DNA of 64,000 nucleotides from positions 109,549 to 173,548 of the forward strand of contig NIVC01002439.1 in the NCBI GenBank assembly GCA_002269645.1. The letters run 5' to 3'. The notes below the pieces were generated by a model. The model was given only the letters and a program-made list of their open reading frames with translations, was not told the DNA's origin and did no database searches. This document shows, piece by piece, positions 48,158 to 61,800 of the stretch (positions within the stretch are counted from its first letter, which is position 1; every line of letters starts with the position of its first letter). The translations under genes and the position numbers were made by a program. The stretch is from Macrostomum lignano. Its lineage: Eukaryota.

Positions 48158-49165
48158 ATGGCTCTCCACCGGTTGCTGCTTGCCTTTGTTGCGTCCGTTC
48201 TGCTCTGCATCTCTACCGCTGGCGCCAACTCCGGTAATCGCTACCCGGTCATCCAGCGCACCTGCCTCAACAAGTCCCTGTCTGACTGGGCCCTCCCCAG
48301 CCCGGCCCTCTCCATTCTGCAGTGCGTCTTTCTGAGTCGTCAGGCAACTCTACCAGGCATAGCGGTGGCCCAATGGAACTCGCGAACTGCCACCTGTTTG
48401 CTGTTTCTCTTCAGCCGAGTCTGCCACCTGCTCAACCTGAGTAGCCTCGCTGGCGGGCCATCGGACGAGACCAACTCGTGCGAGCTCGTGGTGGACTCCG
48501 AGCTTGACGTGCTCACCGCCAATCGACACTTTGCCGCCGTGTGGCTCGGAGGCAGGGGCGAGCAGCTCGAGAACCTCGTGTGCAGCGATGGCGGACAGAA
48601 GAACGTGATCGAGCACACCGGAGTGACTTGGACTGGCAAGGGCGCCAAGATGGACGGCCTGACATCCAGGATGTGGGTAAGCGACACCAGCGGATTCAAC
48701 TTCAGCAACAGCTTCACGTTTCTGATGGAGCTGAAGAGACAGCCGAGTTCGACCGCGTTCATCGAGCTCACCGACTGCAGCTCTTACAATCAAGTCTGGC
48801 TCCACTTATGGGAATGGGACCCGCTCGATTCGACTCGCAAGCTCTACATTCAAACCGGACACCGGAACTTGATCTCCACTAACCAGGTGCTGCCAATCCG
48901 AAGCGACCAGTTCGTCCGAGTCGGCGCCACGTTCGACATTTCGATGATCATGAACAGGACCCGACTGTTCTTTGAAGGGTCTTTCATTCCCGACAGCCGA
49001 GTGTCTCTCTACAACGTCAACTTTGCCAAAATCGACAACTTCTGCATGAAGATCGGCTGGCGCGATCTGACTGGCTCCTACTCCAAAATAAACGGCACCG
49101 TGAAGATGCTGGCCGTGTCCAACTTCTACCTGACCGCCGACGTCATCAACCGGCTGTTCAACTGA
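48158..49165 (+). CDS. intronless secreted protein, 335 aa: signal peptide, PAN/apple-like segment, LamG/concanavalin A-like domain
   Basis: Long GC-rich ORF with a hydrophobic N-terminus. Cys pattern SILQC...WNSRTATCLLF, then GAKMDG...FSNSFTFLMELK...FVRVGATFD...TRLFFEG...KIG...INGTVKMLAVSNFYLT, which resembles a LamG/pentraxin beta-sandwich. Domain calls are by eye. Confidence 0.75.
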   Translation: MALHRLLLAFVASVLLCISTAGANSGNRYPVIQRTCLNKSLSDWALPSPALSILQCVFLSRQATLPGIAVAQWNSRTATCLLFLFSRVCHLLNLSSLAGGPSDETNSCELVVDSELDVLTANRHFAAVWLGGRGEQLENLVCSDGGQKNVIEHTGVTWTGKGAKMDGLTSRMWVSDTSGFNFSNSFTFLMELKRQPSSTAFIELTDCSSYNQVWLHLWEWDPLDSTRKLYIQTGHRNLISTNQVLPIRSDQFVRVGATFDISMIMNRTRLFFEGSFIPDSRVSLYNVNFAKIDNFCMKIGWRDLTGSYSKINGTVKMLAVSNFYLTADVINRLFN

Positions 49166-51425
49166 GCGCGTGAGCAGTTTTTCAGACAAGGATGTTGCGA
49201 AGTGAAATGGAGTTAGCAATTAAATTTTATCGCGTGCTATCAAATGACAATTAATATTAAATTTTTTAAGGCTGGTGACGAGAGTGTGCGTTCAAAATCC
49301 GTAGATACTACCGTAACTTCTAGTGGTCCCTGGTTTTTGTTTCGATTTAGTAGTTGATCCGGGACATATATGTTTAGAACCGGGGTAGAACTCGAAGTTT
49401 AAGAGAGCTATCTGTCCAAAATTCAATGACACGATAAAATGACCCCAGCTGAAGCAAAACAGATGATCCTCAAAGAGATAGATATTTTGATCCGTCCCTG
49501 TGACCCCTGGCTGGCGTGACCCCCAGACCAAAATGGTTGTAGCAGTCAATTGTTGTAGACCCATCCCGAGTGCCTAAGGTCCCAGGCTTTGAGTAGATAT
49601 GACAGGTTAGAGAATGTGTGCCGGCATTGTGTCTCTGGTCTTGTGATACGGCGTATATAGCTCCCGAGAAAGGCATGTTTCATCTCTCACTGAACAAAAA
49701 TAACGATAAAAGCAATAGAAAGTAAGTTATCGCTGTTGCCTCATGTGTCCTACTTTTCCTCCTCTCTATAAAGAACCCTCTCACTCGATAGCCTGCACCG
49801 TTGATAAATAAACAAGATTGCGTTGCGTCACTTATAAATGTTTTTAAACTTTCTAAGTCCATATGTATGTCTATATTTTCTGTCCAAATCTCAACCAAAA
49901 TTTGTTTATTTGACTCTTTTTAAAGAGCTCTTTAACAGTTTGAATACGGTAATCGCTGTGTTAGTTTAGTTGAACAGCTACTGTATTAGATACATTTAAT
50001 TGATTTTTTCTTAGTGGATTTTTATTGTACTCTTGTGTCTACTATCAGTAGAGCAGAAAGCAAAAGTTGACTATAGTTTATGCTGGGTATTTTGTTGTAT
50101 TTTAATGCATCGATTTGTCGGCTTTTATATTCGATATATTGTGGCGGTCTAGCCAAGCACATTTAAATATAAATACACTGGAGAGGTCTATACATGTAGC
50201 TCACTACTTCTTTACTGCAACTGAAACTACACCTGTTATACAAAGATATATTTATATTTTTTATTCTTAATATAGAAAGAATTCATCTACAAATATAATG
50301 AAAAACGTATACATTCGTCATATATTAGCAAGATCATTGCACCGAATCCAGGTACTTGCTGGATGAAATCAGGCTAAAATGACTGACTAGTGTTAACTAA
50401 TAATTACTTTAGTAACTGCAGTAGCCAGCAGTGTAGCCACAATGAAAAAATGCAAGAAAGCTAAAGCAGAGTTTGTCAGTAAACAGCACACGAATAAATA
50501 TGTCATTGTGCTGAGTCGCCAATACATTCCGAGACAGACTGACTGCACGTGCTCGGAGCAACAGTACCGTTGGCAGGTAGTGCAGTGTGCGCGAGTTTGC
50601 GATCAGCTGATCGGCTACTCATGAGGCATCTTCCCTTCCCTTCAAGGTTATTACTTGAAAAAGTCCTTGATAGAGCACGTATTGCAAAATCACGCCTACA
50701 TGAGCTGTACTTCACTGCATGAGTAGCACTTTGTCAGCTGGTCCATCAAGTCAGGGCCTCCTTTGGTCTCATTGTAATGCGGATTTGCTTGCGACATTGT
50801 GGGGCTTATGTGCTAAGTACATGTAGATCGAGTAGTGGTAGACACGGCGACACCCTCACCAGCAAAAAACGGACGCGCAACTGGGCGTTTCGTCGACTGC
50901 CTGCTGGCCAACAGAGGGCCCAGTTGCAAGGTCTGTTTATCACCTTAAGAATTTGCAGCTTACACAGCCATAGACAGCCTCTGTGTACTTTTACAAAACC
51001 GACAGTTACGCTTCTCTGATTGCCGATCATTATTACAACTAGTTAATTAATCTAAAACAAACGTCAAAACTTGAAAGCAAGACATACAAAATGCAACGCA
51101 CCAAGTACATGCTTCAGCAGCACCAACAGCAACAACATTATGACCTGCTTTTTGGCGGAGACACGTTTAATTCGACCAATGACATGAGCTGAATGTTTGC
51201 ATCCACCGGACTAGAAGCCTCAAATCAAATTCTTGCGCACGTGCCACTGTTTCAATCTTAGTTTGTGTCTCCACCCGTTCTATTGTCTGCCTCTATTTGC
51301 CGCTTTGACTTAAAACTAGTATATAGGATTTGCAGGAAATGCATTTGCCCAGGGAGACAGACAGGGAGACAGACACAAACAGACAGGCAGACAGACATTG
51401 AGGACCGGCAGAGAGACACTTAGTG

Positions 51426-51690
<265 letters not shown>

Positions 51691-52870
51691 GAACTGGAAA
51701 ATGCTGAGAGCAAAGCCCTCTGAAACTCAAACACAAGAGACCAGCTGCTGAGGCCAAATTTGAGTGATCTGCATTCACAAGATAAAATAAATACAACAGT
51801 TAGTTGTTTATTATTCAATCAAACCAAAAAAAACACACAGACAGGAAAAAAATACAAAACACGGCAGCTTCAACTAAAAGTCGCTAGCGACACTCCGGGT
51901 CAGGGAGCTGCCGTTATTTCAGTAAGCGGAAAGTGAGTACAATCAGTAGGCCAGAATTGCAACAGATGGTAGTGTAAGTAGGCAATGACAGATGTGTGCA
52001 AGCAATGCGGTCAATGTAGGGCGCCTCCAAAAGACTAGCAAGCATTCACTGGCAGCTCAAAGGGACAGAAGCATAAATCAAACATCAAGACATTAATCAT
52101 TAAAAAACGACACGGCACAGCCAGTGTAAAGCTAATAAAAAATCTACACGCACTCAAATTGCACTACTATCAGTAGCAATGACAACATTGTTAGCAGTAG
52201 TGTAGAATTAACTTTAAAAAAACTCTGGCAAAGTGCAGCACATTGAAAAATTGCTAGGTAAAAACACAGTTTATGAGTTGATGGACCCGGGCAAAGCATA
52301 TTATTACTATTATTAGTAAGAAAAAATAAATGGAACAGACTGGCCATCAGGAATGTGTGAACGAGTTTTAGTAGGAATATAGTAAGAAAAAAGCAGGCAA
52401 ATTAGATAGCGAGACAAGTTTCAGACGGACTATAATCGGCTCAAAAAAAATAATAAAATTGTGCCATAAAATGATAAAACAAAACACACGTTTATAACTT
52501 GTTGCGTCACAGCCCAATGCGTCTTGTGCGCTGTTATAGAAAAAGGGAGTTGCTGGCTTGATAAATTTATATTGAAAAACATTGCACAACAAATACTAAT
52601 GGTTGTAAAATGGATCATTTTGATAGAAAAGTACATTTAGTACTTAGTAGAGCACTACTGAAAGTAGGTCAGTTAGCACTTTTCATTCCTGAAGGAAAGT
52701 AATAATAAAGACTAGCGCTTGAATTTAAGGAATGATAATTAGTTTCGTTAATAATTTTCCCCCAACAGAGACCCAGTGTGCTGAACAGGAAGTGAAAAAC
52801 CTGTCCCTATAGAGCACGAATGCATCTGTGTGTACAGCCGGCGATGGAGAAGATGCGGACAGCTACAAAG

Positions 52871-55800
52871 CTACGCAGCGGACACGTACTCATAGTAGGC
52901 GGTGGGCACGTAGCCCTGCTCACCAGCGGCCTCGCCGTGCAGGCGGCGAACCAGCGACCAGTCCGGGTCGCGCTGCAGGACTTCCACTTGTTCGCCAGCC
53001 GATACGGCCAGGTTGTCCGACTGGCTGGTGTCCGCGAAGTCGTACAGCATCTCCGCTGTGGCCGCTGCTGGGGCTGCCGCTGCTGCGCCTTCGACAGGCG
53101 GCTGCGGAGTCTGCGGCGTCGGCTGGTGCTGAGGGGACTCGTCGGCGAACTCGTCTGCGAATGCCGTGGCCGGGCTGGCGGCGACGAAGAGGGTGGGGTG
53201 TGAAAGAAGGGTTAGAAGGGGAATTCTCATAGGGAAAGAAGGGGAATTCTCATCGGGAAAGAAGGGGAATTCTCATCGGGAGAGAAGGGGAATTCTCATC
53301 GGGAGAGAAGGGGAATCCTCATAGGGAGAGAAGAGGAATTCTCATAGGGATAGAAGAGGAATTCTCATAGGGAGAGAAGGGGAATTCTCATAGGGAGAGA
53401 AGGGGAATTCTCATAGGGAGAGAAGAGGAATTCTCATAGGGATAGAAGAGGAATCCTCATAGGGAGAGAAGAGGAATTCTCATAGGGAGAGAAGAGGAAT
53501 CCTCATAGGGAGAGAAGAGGAATCCTCATAGGGAGAGAAGAGGAATTCTCATAGGGAGAGAAGAGGAATTCTCATAGGGAGAGAAGAGGAATTCTCATAG
53601 GGAGAGAAGAGGAATTCTCATAGGGAGAGAAGAGGAATCCTCATAGGGAGAGAAGAGGAATTCTCATAGGGAGAGAAGAGGAATTCTCATAGGGAGAGAA
53701 GAGGAATTCTCATAGGGAGAGAAGGGGAAATCTCATAGGGAGAGAAGGGGAATCCTTATAGGGAGAGAAGAGGAATTCTCATAGGGAGAGAAGAGGAATT
53801 CTCATAGGGAAAGAAGGGGAATCCTCATAGGGACTGAAGGGCAATCCTCATAGGTATAGAATGCGAATCCTCATAGGGAGAGAAGAGGAATCCTCATAGG
53901 GATAGAAGGCGAATCCTCATAGGGATTGAAGGGTAATTCTCAAAGGGAGAGAAATGAAGACATGATAATGACACAGGGGATTCCTGTTGAAGATATTAAG
54001 GCGATCCCTAGTAAGTGACACGCAGAACACGCATTTCGGCGGCGGTCACAAAGTGCACTAAAACGCACCTAGCTGCACCTCCATCTGTTGCACTGACGCT
54101 CATGACACCGGCGCCGGTTCTGCCGCCGAATCCCTTGCCTTCCAGGTCCTTCTGTTAAACAGGAGCGCAGACAGTGATCAATCGGCCTTGCGCTAATGTA
54201 CAAAAATATAGAAATAAAAGACAGGAAACTGGTCACCAACCAGTGAGCAGGCGGCACTGCTGGCGCTCGTGCTGGGGCTGAAGTGCCGCGTCACCAGGTC
54301 GAGCCGGAAGCGACGCTTTTTGTCGCCGCCACTGGCCAGAGAGGAGATGGAGCGGGACTTCCGCATGGGCTTGACGGGCTGGCCAACTGATGCGGCCTGA
54401 GGGTCCGCGCCGCCGCCTCCGTTGCAGCTGGTCAGGTCCTGCGGCACGGTGGGGTCTGAGCTATTTATCCAGGGCTAACAGCCAGTCTGAGCTATTTATC
54501 CAGGGCTAACAGCCAGTCTAAGCTATTTATCCAGGGCTAACAGCCAGTCTGAGCTATTTATCCAGGGCTAACAGCCAGTCTGAGATATTTATCCAGTGCT
54601 AACAGCCAGTCTGAGCTATTTATCCAGGGCTAACAGCCAGTCTAAGCTATTTATCCAGTGCTAACAGCCAGTCTGAGCTATTTATCCAGGGCTAACAGCC
54701 AGTCTGAGCTATTTATCCAGGGCTAACAGCCAGTCTGAGCTATTTATCCAGTGCTAACAGCCAGTCTGAGCTATTTATCCAGTGCTAACAGCCAGTCTGA
54801 GATATTTATCCAGTGCTAACAGCCAGTCTGAGCTATTTATCCAGTGCTAACAGCCAGTCTGAGCTATTTATCCAGTGCTAACAGCCAGTCTGAGCTATTT
54901 ATGCAGGGCTAACAGCCAGTCTGAGATATTTATCCAGGGCTAACAGCCAGTCTGAGCTATTTATGCAGGGCTAACAGCCAGTCTGAGATATTTATCCAGG
55001 GCTAACAGCCAGTCTGAGCTATTTATGCAGGGCTAACAGCCAGTCTGAGATATTTATCCAGGGCTAACAGCCAGTCTGAGCTATTTATGCAGGGCTAACA
55101 GCCAGTCTGAGATATTTATCCAGGGCTAACAGCCAGTCTGAGCTATTTATGCAGGGCTAACAGCCAGTCTGAGATATTTATCCAGGGCTAACAGCCAGTC
55201 TGAGATCTTTATCCACACACCAGTATCTCAGCGCACTCGTCCCTCAGCCGGGTCGCCTTGTCCACCAGCTGCTGCAGCATGGCGTCCACCTGAGCCAAGG
55301 AGGTCTGGTCGGCAGTCTCAGGATGGTGCTGATAGGTCTGACGCAGCTTCTTCAGGCCCTCACTGTGGGAGATTAATTCATTAAACCACATGAAGACAGT
55401 TTGTGTTCGTCCGCCGGAGAATTCATTGAAACAAGACACTCACATCTCTTTCATAGCCTTCTGCAGGTCCGCCTCCTTGTCCTTGAGCTGTTCCTCGAGC
55501 TTGCGCTTCTGCTGTGCTGGCCCGAGCTGGAGAAGAAACACAGATAAGAAATGAAGCCAATTAACAGTAGAGCTACTGGGGGGGGGGGGCGTTGGGGTGA
55601 TGACGGAATGCCTGAGAGACCAGCTGAGGATGTCCAGCAGTTGAGGCTTGATCAGCGAAACTAGAGAAATTCGAATCAGAGTGTCAATAGTCTCCTGGTG
55701 CCACCTGTTGAAGGTTCAGAAGCTCCGCCTGGGTGAAGGCCAGTGACCAACGAAGTCAGAGCTGATGCAGACACATGTGGTCGACGTGCTGATGAAATTT

Positions 55801-58800
55801 GGAGACTTGGCAAGGCCGCACTGAGGCGCAGTGCTGATTGGCGCACAGGGGTTGTACTGAATACACTGGCGCTTATGGGAAAAATCCGACCTTCTGGCAG
55901 AATCGTCGAATATCTCGACGGTTCGGAGGGCTGGCGACTTGATTCTTGTTTGAGGCGAGCAAAAAAGGCGATACAAAAAACCTTTGATACTACTACCGAA
56001 AGGAATAATCGGTAAGTAGTATGCTACTCAGAACATTAATATGAAATAAAAATTTCTAACCCACCGCTTTGCTTGACCGCAGCGTGCTGAACAGCCTGGC
56101 TGCCCTGTGACTCCGCGGCGGAGTGGCGTGCTGCAGCGACACCGAGTCCCCGTCCGCCGACAATGCGGAAGCCGCCGGCGAGCCGTCGGCAGCCGAGGCT
56201 GACAGATCCTCAAACGGAGCGTCGCCTGGCAGCGGATTCCCCGACGCTGTAACACGAAGAAATTCAGCAACGTCGCCATCGGCTGACACGGTCAGCGCCC
56301 GCTGCTGCAGACTCTTGGCGCAGCTCGCCTGCACGGCCAGCCGGTCCAGCTGCGCCTGCGCCCAGGCGCCGAACTCGCGGCTGCAGGCGTCGCAGAAACT
56401 GCGGTGAAGCTGCTCGAGGCCGGACAGCTGCTCAGGCAGGCCTCGCTGGATGAAGTCCGCCTTAAAGCGTGTGGAGAGACGGGGGTTCGAGTCCGCTCAC
56501 TATTCACCTCCATTCTGTTGATCTGGTTCTATTAAACAAGCCGGGCAGACTGGCCGGTCATCGCCCCCCCCCCCAGCCGGGCAGACTGGCCGGTCATCGC
56601 CCCCCCAGCCGGGCAGAATGGCCGGTAATCGCCCCCTCCCCCAACCCCCCCAACCAGGTAGACTGGCCGGTCCCCCCCCCAACCAGGTAGACTGGCCGGT
56701 CCCCCCCAACCAGGTAGACTGGCCGGTCCTTCCCCCCAACCAGGTAGACTGGCCGGTCCCCCCCCAGGTAGACTGGCCGGTCATCCCCCCCCCCGGGCAG
56801 ACGGGCCTCACCTGCACAGTATTGAACTCGGTGATTTCCTTGGCGTAGCCGTTGCGCCGGTCCTCGCACAGGTCAGCCTTGGCCCGGTAGGCCAGCTGCA
56901 GGCGCTCCTCCTCAGCGCGGGTCACATCGCGGCTCTCCTTGGCGGCAGCGTATTCTTCCCAGGCCCGACGCATGTCGCTGTGCGCCTTGTGGTACTGAGC
57001 TCGCGCCTGCTCCAGCTGGGCCGGCTCCGTTCGACATCCTTAGAGCTGGCGGCTAAGCGCCGTTCTACCAGCTGCTCCTGTTTGTTCATTTCGCGAAGCC
57101 AGTCGCGCAGTTCGCGAGACGAGCGCAGCAGATCGTCGCGCAGATTCTCGTGCTGATTGGCTAAAGCGGTGAGCTCGCTAAGCGAGTCTTCGAATGCCGT
57201 TTGCGCGGTGAATCTGCGTGACGCGGGCGAAGTATTTGCCTGCCTTGCATCGCTTCAGACAATGGGGCTGTTTGACGCGATTTTCGGGCTGTCCAGGGCG
57301 ATTCTTGAGCAGGAAGGGCTGTCCAGGGCGATTCTTGAGCAGGAAGGGCTGTCCAGGGCGATTCTTGAGGGGCAGGGGCAGTCCAGGGCGATTCTTGAGG
57401 GGGAAGGGCAGTCCAGGGCGATTCTTGAGGGGGAAGGGCAGTCCAGGGCGATTCTTGAGGGGGAAGGGCAGTCCAGGGCGATTCTTGAGGGGGAAGGGCA
57501 GTCCAGGGCGATTCTTGAGGGGGAAGGGCAGTCCAGGGCGATTCTTGAGGGGGAAGGGCAGTCCAGGGCGATTCTTGAGGGGGAAGGGCAGTCCAGGGCG
57601 ATTCTTGAGGGGGAAGGGCTGTGCAGGGCGATTCTTGAGGGGAAGGGCAGTCCAGGGCGATTCTTGAGGGGAAGGGCAGTCCAGGGCGATTCTTGAGGGG
57701 AAGGGCAGTCCAGGGCGATTCTTGAGGGGGAAGGGCAGTCCAGGGCGATTCTTGAGGGGGAAGGGCTGTTCAGGTCGATTTTTTAGGGAAGGGGCTGTCC
57801 TGGGCGGTTTTAAATAGGGACAGTCATACAAGAGACTGTTTGCATTAGGACAAAAAACATAATATATAGATACACAAAAATATATGCAAATCTTAAAAAA
57901 GCAATAAATCCGCATACAATCGCAACATGCTGTATGCTAAATCTGCCAGCTGTTCTAACTCATCAGGAAGTTCTCTGCATAAAGTGTGAATTTGAATTCA
58001 GTTCAAGTCGCGTGGGATCGCAGACCGAGTAAGCTTTAAATATTTAGTTAGCATCTGTACGGCACATAAGCCAATACTTCTGGCACATTAAAGATGGCCA
58101 CTTCCTGTGTACACGAGGCTGAATGCAAATTAGGGTCTCTCACCATGGTATCTTTCTATCTGAGCCTTGCGCCCGAAACAAGTAGATCAGTATCTATACT
58201 ATAGTTATGCAATGAGATACAAATCCAAAATGGTCATCGCCTGTACTACAGACTTAGACTCAGTTTCTGAGCACGACAAAAGTCAAACTAAAATAACATT
58301 GCAATCAATTTAAAAATACTTAAAAAGCAAATTATGCCAAGACCATCATAATTGATATTAAGGCACTCACTTGAACTTCTCCCTCTTGTCGAAGTCTTTA
58401 GGCTTGAACTCCTTGCATAGCTTTCTGTGGTAATGAAAAGGTATTTTAATAAACATTACTAACAGGCCCTTGCACTGTAATTAGGTGCTAATTATTATAG
58501 ACTCACTTAATTTCCTTTGCATATTTCTCTTCAATTCTGCAGCGCCTCTCAAGAAAGTCAGAGCAATGCTTCAAAAAGTCAATGTTGTACTTAGTGAAGT
58601 TGTATAACTGTGGATTGTATGTGTCCTAAAACAATGAAAAAGGTCAATAAACTTAGTTGTTGTCATCATTTTTAGTCAAAATGTAAAAATCTCAAAAAAG
58701 AAATCACATAGCAAATCCTTTTTATTCAATTAAATACTCAAGACATTTTTTCTTTCTACATTGTCAAGCCATAGCAATGTCTGCTTTTTATATCTTACTT

Positions 58801-61800
58801 TCTAAGTGGAATTTGATACAAAACAGTTCTAAGAAAAATATATTTAAAAAAACAATTTATAAAAATAAAAAGATGAGCTAAGTGTTATAAAGATGTTTTA
58901 AAGATTAGATAATAAGTAATAATTTTAGGTTTTATATATGTTGGTTTTTAATTCAAGCTTTTTATAAATAGTATAGGCTAGAATCCATAGTGTGGAAGGA
59001 TGTTCATGTATGACGAATGTAAATTAAAATTTTGGCTTGTTGTATGACAGTACTGTTGTGTATTGCAAAGGCATGCAATGCGTAGGGATAGTTCGGGACA
59101 GGGTTTCTAGAAACTTCCACAGCAGGACTTGTTTACGCATTGTTCCAGAAGTTTCCTCCCCCGGTCTTTCTAGAAATTTCCTTCCCCGCATGCATAAATA
59201 TACGAGCCGCCCTCCTATTGGCCAGCCCCTCTTTGGTGCCACTGAGCACCCGGATAATTATCTATCTTGTTTTTGCGTTCGTTAATTCAACAACAGAACA
59301 AGTACAACAGGGGTTGAAAAATGGTACTACTGGTGTACAATGGGGTACAAAAAGAATAAATGCAAACATAAAAATAAATATATTCTGATTTTCTAGAAAG
59401 TGCAAAGTAAAACAACAATTATGTTGTTATTTACTGACTGCACACAATGCACATCAGTTAGAAAAACAAAACAAATATAAAAGTTTTCTTATACATGAAT
59501 TTTGTTTTTAATTTTCTTCATTGGCAACAGTGCCAAGGTGAATGAGTTTTAAATATGGAAATGACTTACAAACTACGGTTAACAAAAAAAAATACTTTGT
59601 GACGTATGACTTGTGTATGACTATACAATAGTGTATGATATAGCACTCCCAAAAAAGAGTGATGTACGATATGTATGACAGGTGATCCTTGTGTACAACA
59701 GAAATTTCCATCATATACCCGTCCTTCCGCACTATGGGCTAGAATCAATCAACCTAATATTGAATATGTTTTCATGCCTCTATTCCCCATGCACCAATTG
59801 TTTTGCTTTAAGCTAAATATAGTTATGTTGATGTGATATAAAATATAGCTTAAATTTGAAATTAGCATTATCAAAAAACCTTAAAAATTATGATCCTACC
59901 AAAATTTAACTATTTTACCAGCCTAAACTTGAAGAATTCGGGTCTATGAAATCTGCTTGCAGGAAATCTGCTAGAGGAAGTTTGCTAGCAAAATTTGCTT
60001 GCCAAAATCTGCTAGCCAAAGTTTGCTAGCCGAAATCTGCTAGCCAAAATTTGCTAGCTGAAACCTGATAGCCAAGGTTTGCTAGCCGAAGTTTGCTAGC
60101 CAAAATTTGCTAGCTGAAATCTGCTAGCAGGAATTTGCTGACCAAACTTCTTGCAACTGGTATCAAAAGATTGCTTGTTTTCTGGCAATAGCAATGCATT
60201 GTTTTAGCTAAAAAAGTGGGTAAAAATCCCAAATATTTTATAACTTTACAAGTGCTTGGAAAGTCAGTTTGTCATTGTGGGGGACAGAATACTCTCAAGT
60301 TGCAATCAGATAGCTCATAGTAGGACAGTAGTTGAATTCATTACTGAACTATCATGGCAAAATGTTAGCAAAGAAGGCTATAAATATTTATTCTAAAAAC
60401 ACTGTACATTTGCTATGTACATTGAGCCCTATCACTTGATCCTTGGTCTAGGGGAAGAAGTGAGTGAGTAGCACAAACAACAGAAAAAGCAGACAAACTT
60501 CACATGCCTACAGTTTCTGTTCTGAGGTACAAAGTTGAGACTTTATATTTAGACAGAGAATGAGTAAATGAAGAATTGTATCAAGTTTGAAGTCAATTGC
60601 TGTATGTGGAGCAAACTTATGGCAGCTGAAAATTAGTTAATTTTAAATCCCTTTCACACATCCATCCAGTGGTCAGGAAGGAGAGAGAGGCGGAGGTTTG
60701 GGTGGCTGTCTTGCTGACAAAAAGCAGACTAACTTTAAAAGTACACAGTGCGATTCAGAATTAACTTCGAGACTCAAAACTTTATACACAATTGTGTCAA
60801 AATAGTTGAAAATTGGATCGTGTCCAATTTGAAGAGGATTTGTAAAGGTAAAATTGGAGCGACGCTATAGAGGATTTAGTGAAATTCTTGCGAAACTGGA
60901 TAAGCAAATTGTCTCTAGCTAATTACAACTTCCTGAGTTCAGCTAGCCAAATTGCTGCTTGCCAGTTTTGGTTGGATTCTTGCTAGCAGATTTTGGCTAG
61001 CTAAATCCTCACAAGCAAAATTCCTGCTAGCAACTTTTGGCCAGCAAAATTCTTGCTAGCAAATCTCGGCTAGCAAAATCTTTGCTGGCAAAATTTGTGC
61101 TAGCAAGCTTTGGCTAGCAAACTTTGGCTAGCAGATCTCGGCTAGCAAACCTTAGCTAGCAAGTTTTGGCTAGCAAATTTCTCACTAGCAAACTTGTACT
61201 CCCAAAGAATTCTTTATAACTTAAAATTTAAAAATAATAATTTAAAAATAATAATAAACTTATTAGTTTAGTCAGATAGCCTTTTTAGCAAGAATTTAAG
61301 CTTAGCATTATGAAACAAATGATTTATTATTGTAATAATACATTTAGCAATTCAAATTAACTTTAGCAAGAAAAAAACCAGCACTAAGTTTTCAACTTTC
61401 CCAATACAAAAGTTTTAAAAATCCATTTTATTAAATTAAATACAAAAGTGAAATTACTATAAACAATAGATATAAATAACTTTGACTACAAGCTATAATC
61501 ATTTATTAAAGTATACAAGATATTATTAAAAAGTTTATACAAGGATGTGTTATTCATTTCATAAGCCTATATCCTTAATTTTTATCCATTTATTTATCAA
61601 TCTCATCATTTTATTTATATTGTATTATCATTGCAATGTAAAATTTGATGTTTAAATTTTTAACTTATTAAAAGAACACTCAAATTTGAAGAGATGTTTA
61701 AAGTATCATAGTTATTAAGTAGCGAAGTGCAAAACATAACTCCACTTTTAATGTAAAAAATGCCAATTAGAAAGGTTAACTTTGTAAACTAAGTCTAAAC

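Noticed and set aside
55743-56015. 90-aa plus-strand ORF inside a Cip4 intron
   Set aside because: It is short and antisense to the host gene; a faint resemblance to a non-LTR C-terminus was too weak to call.
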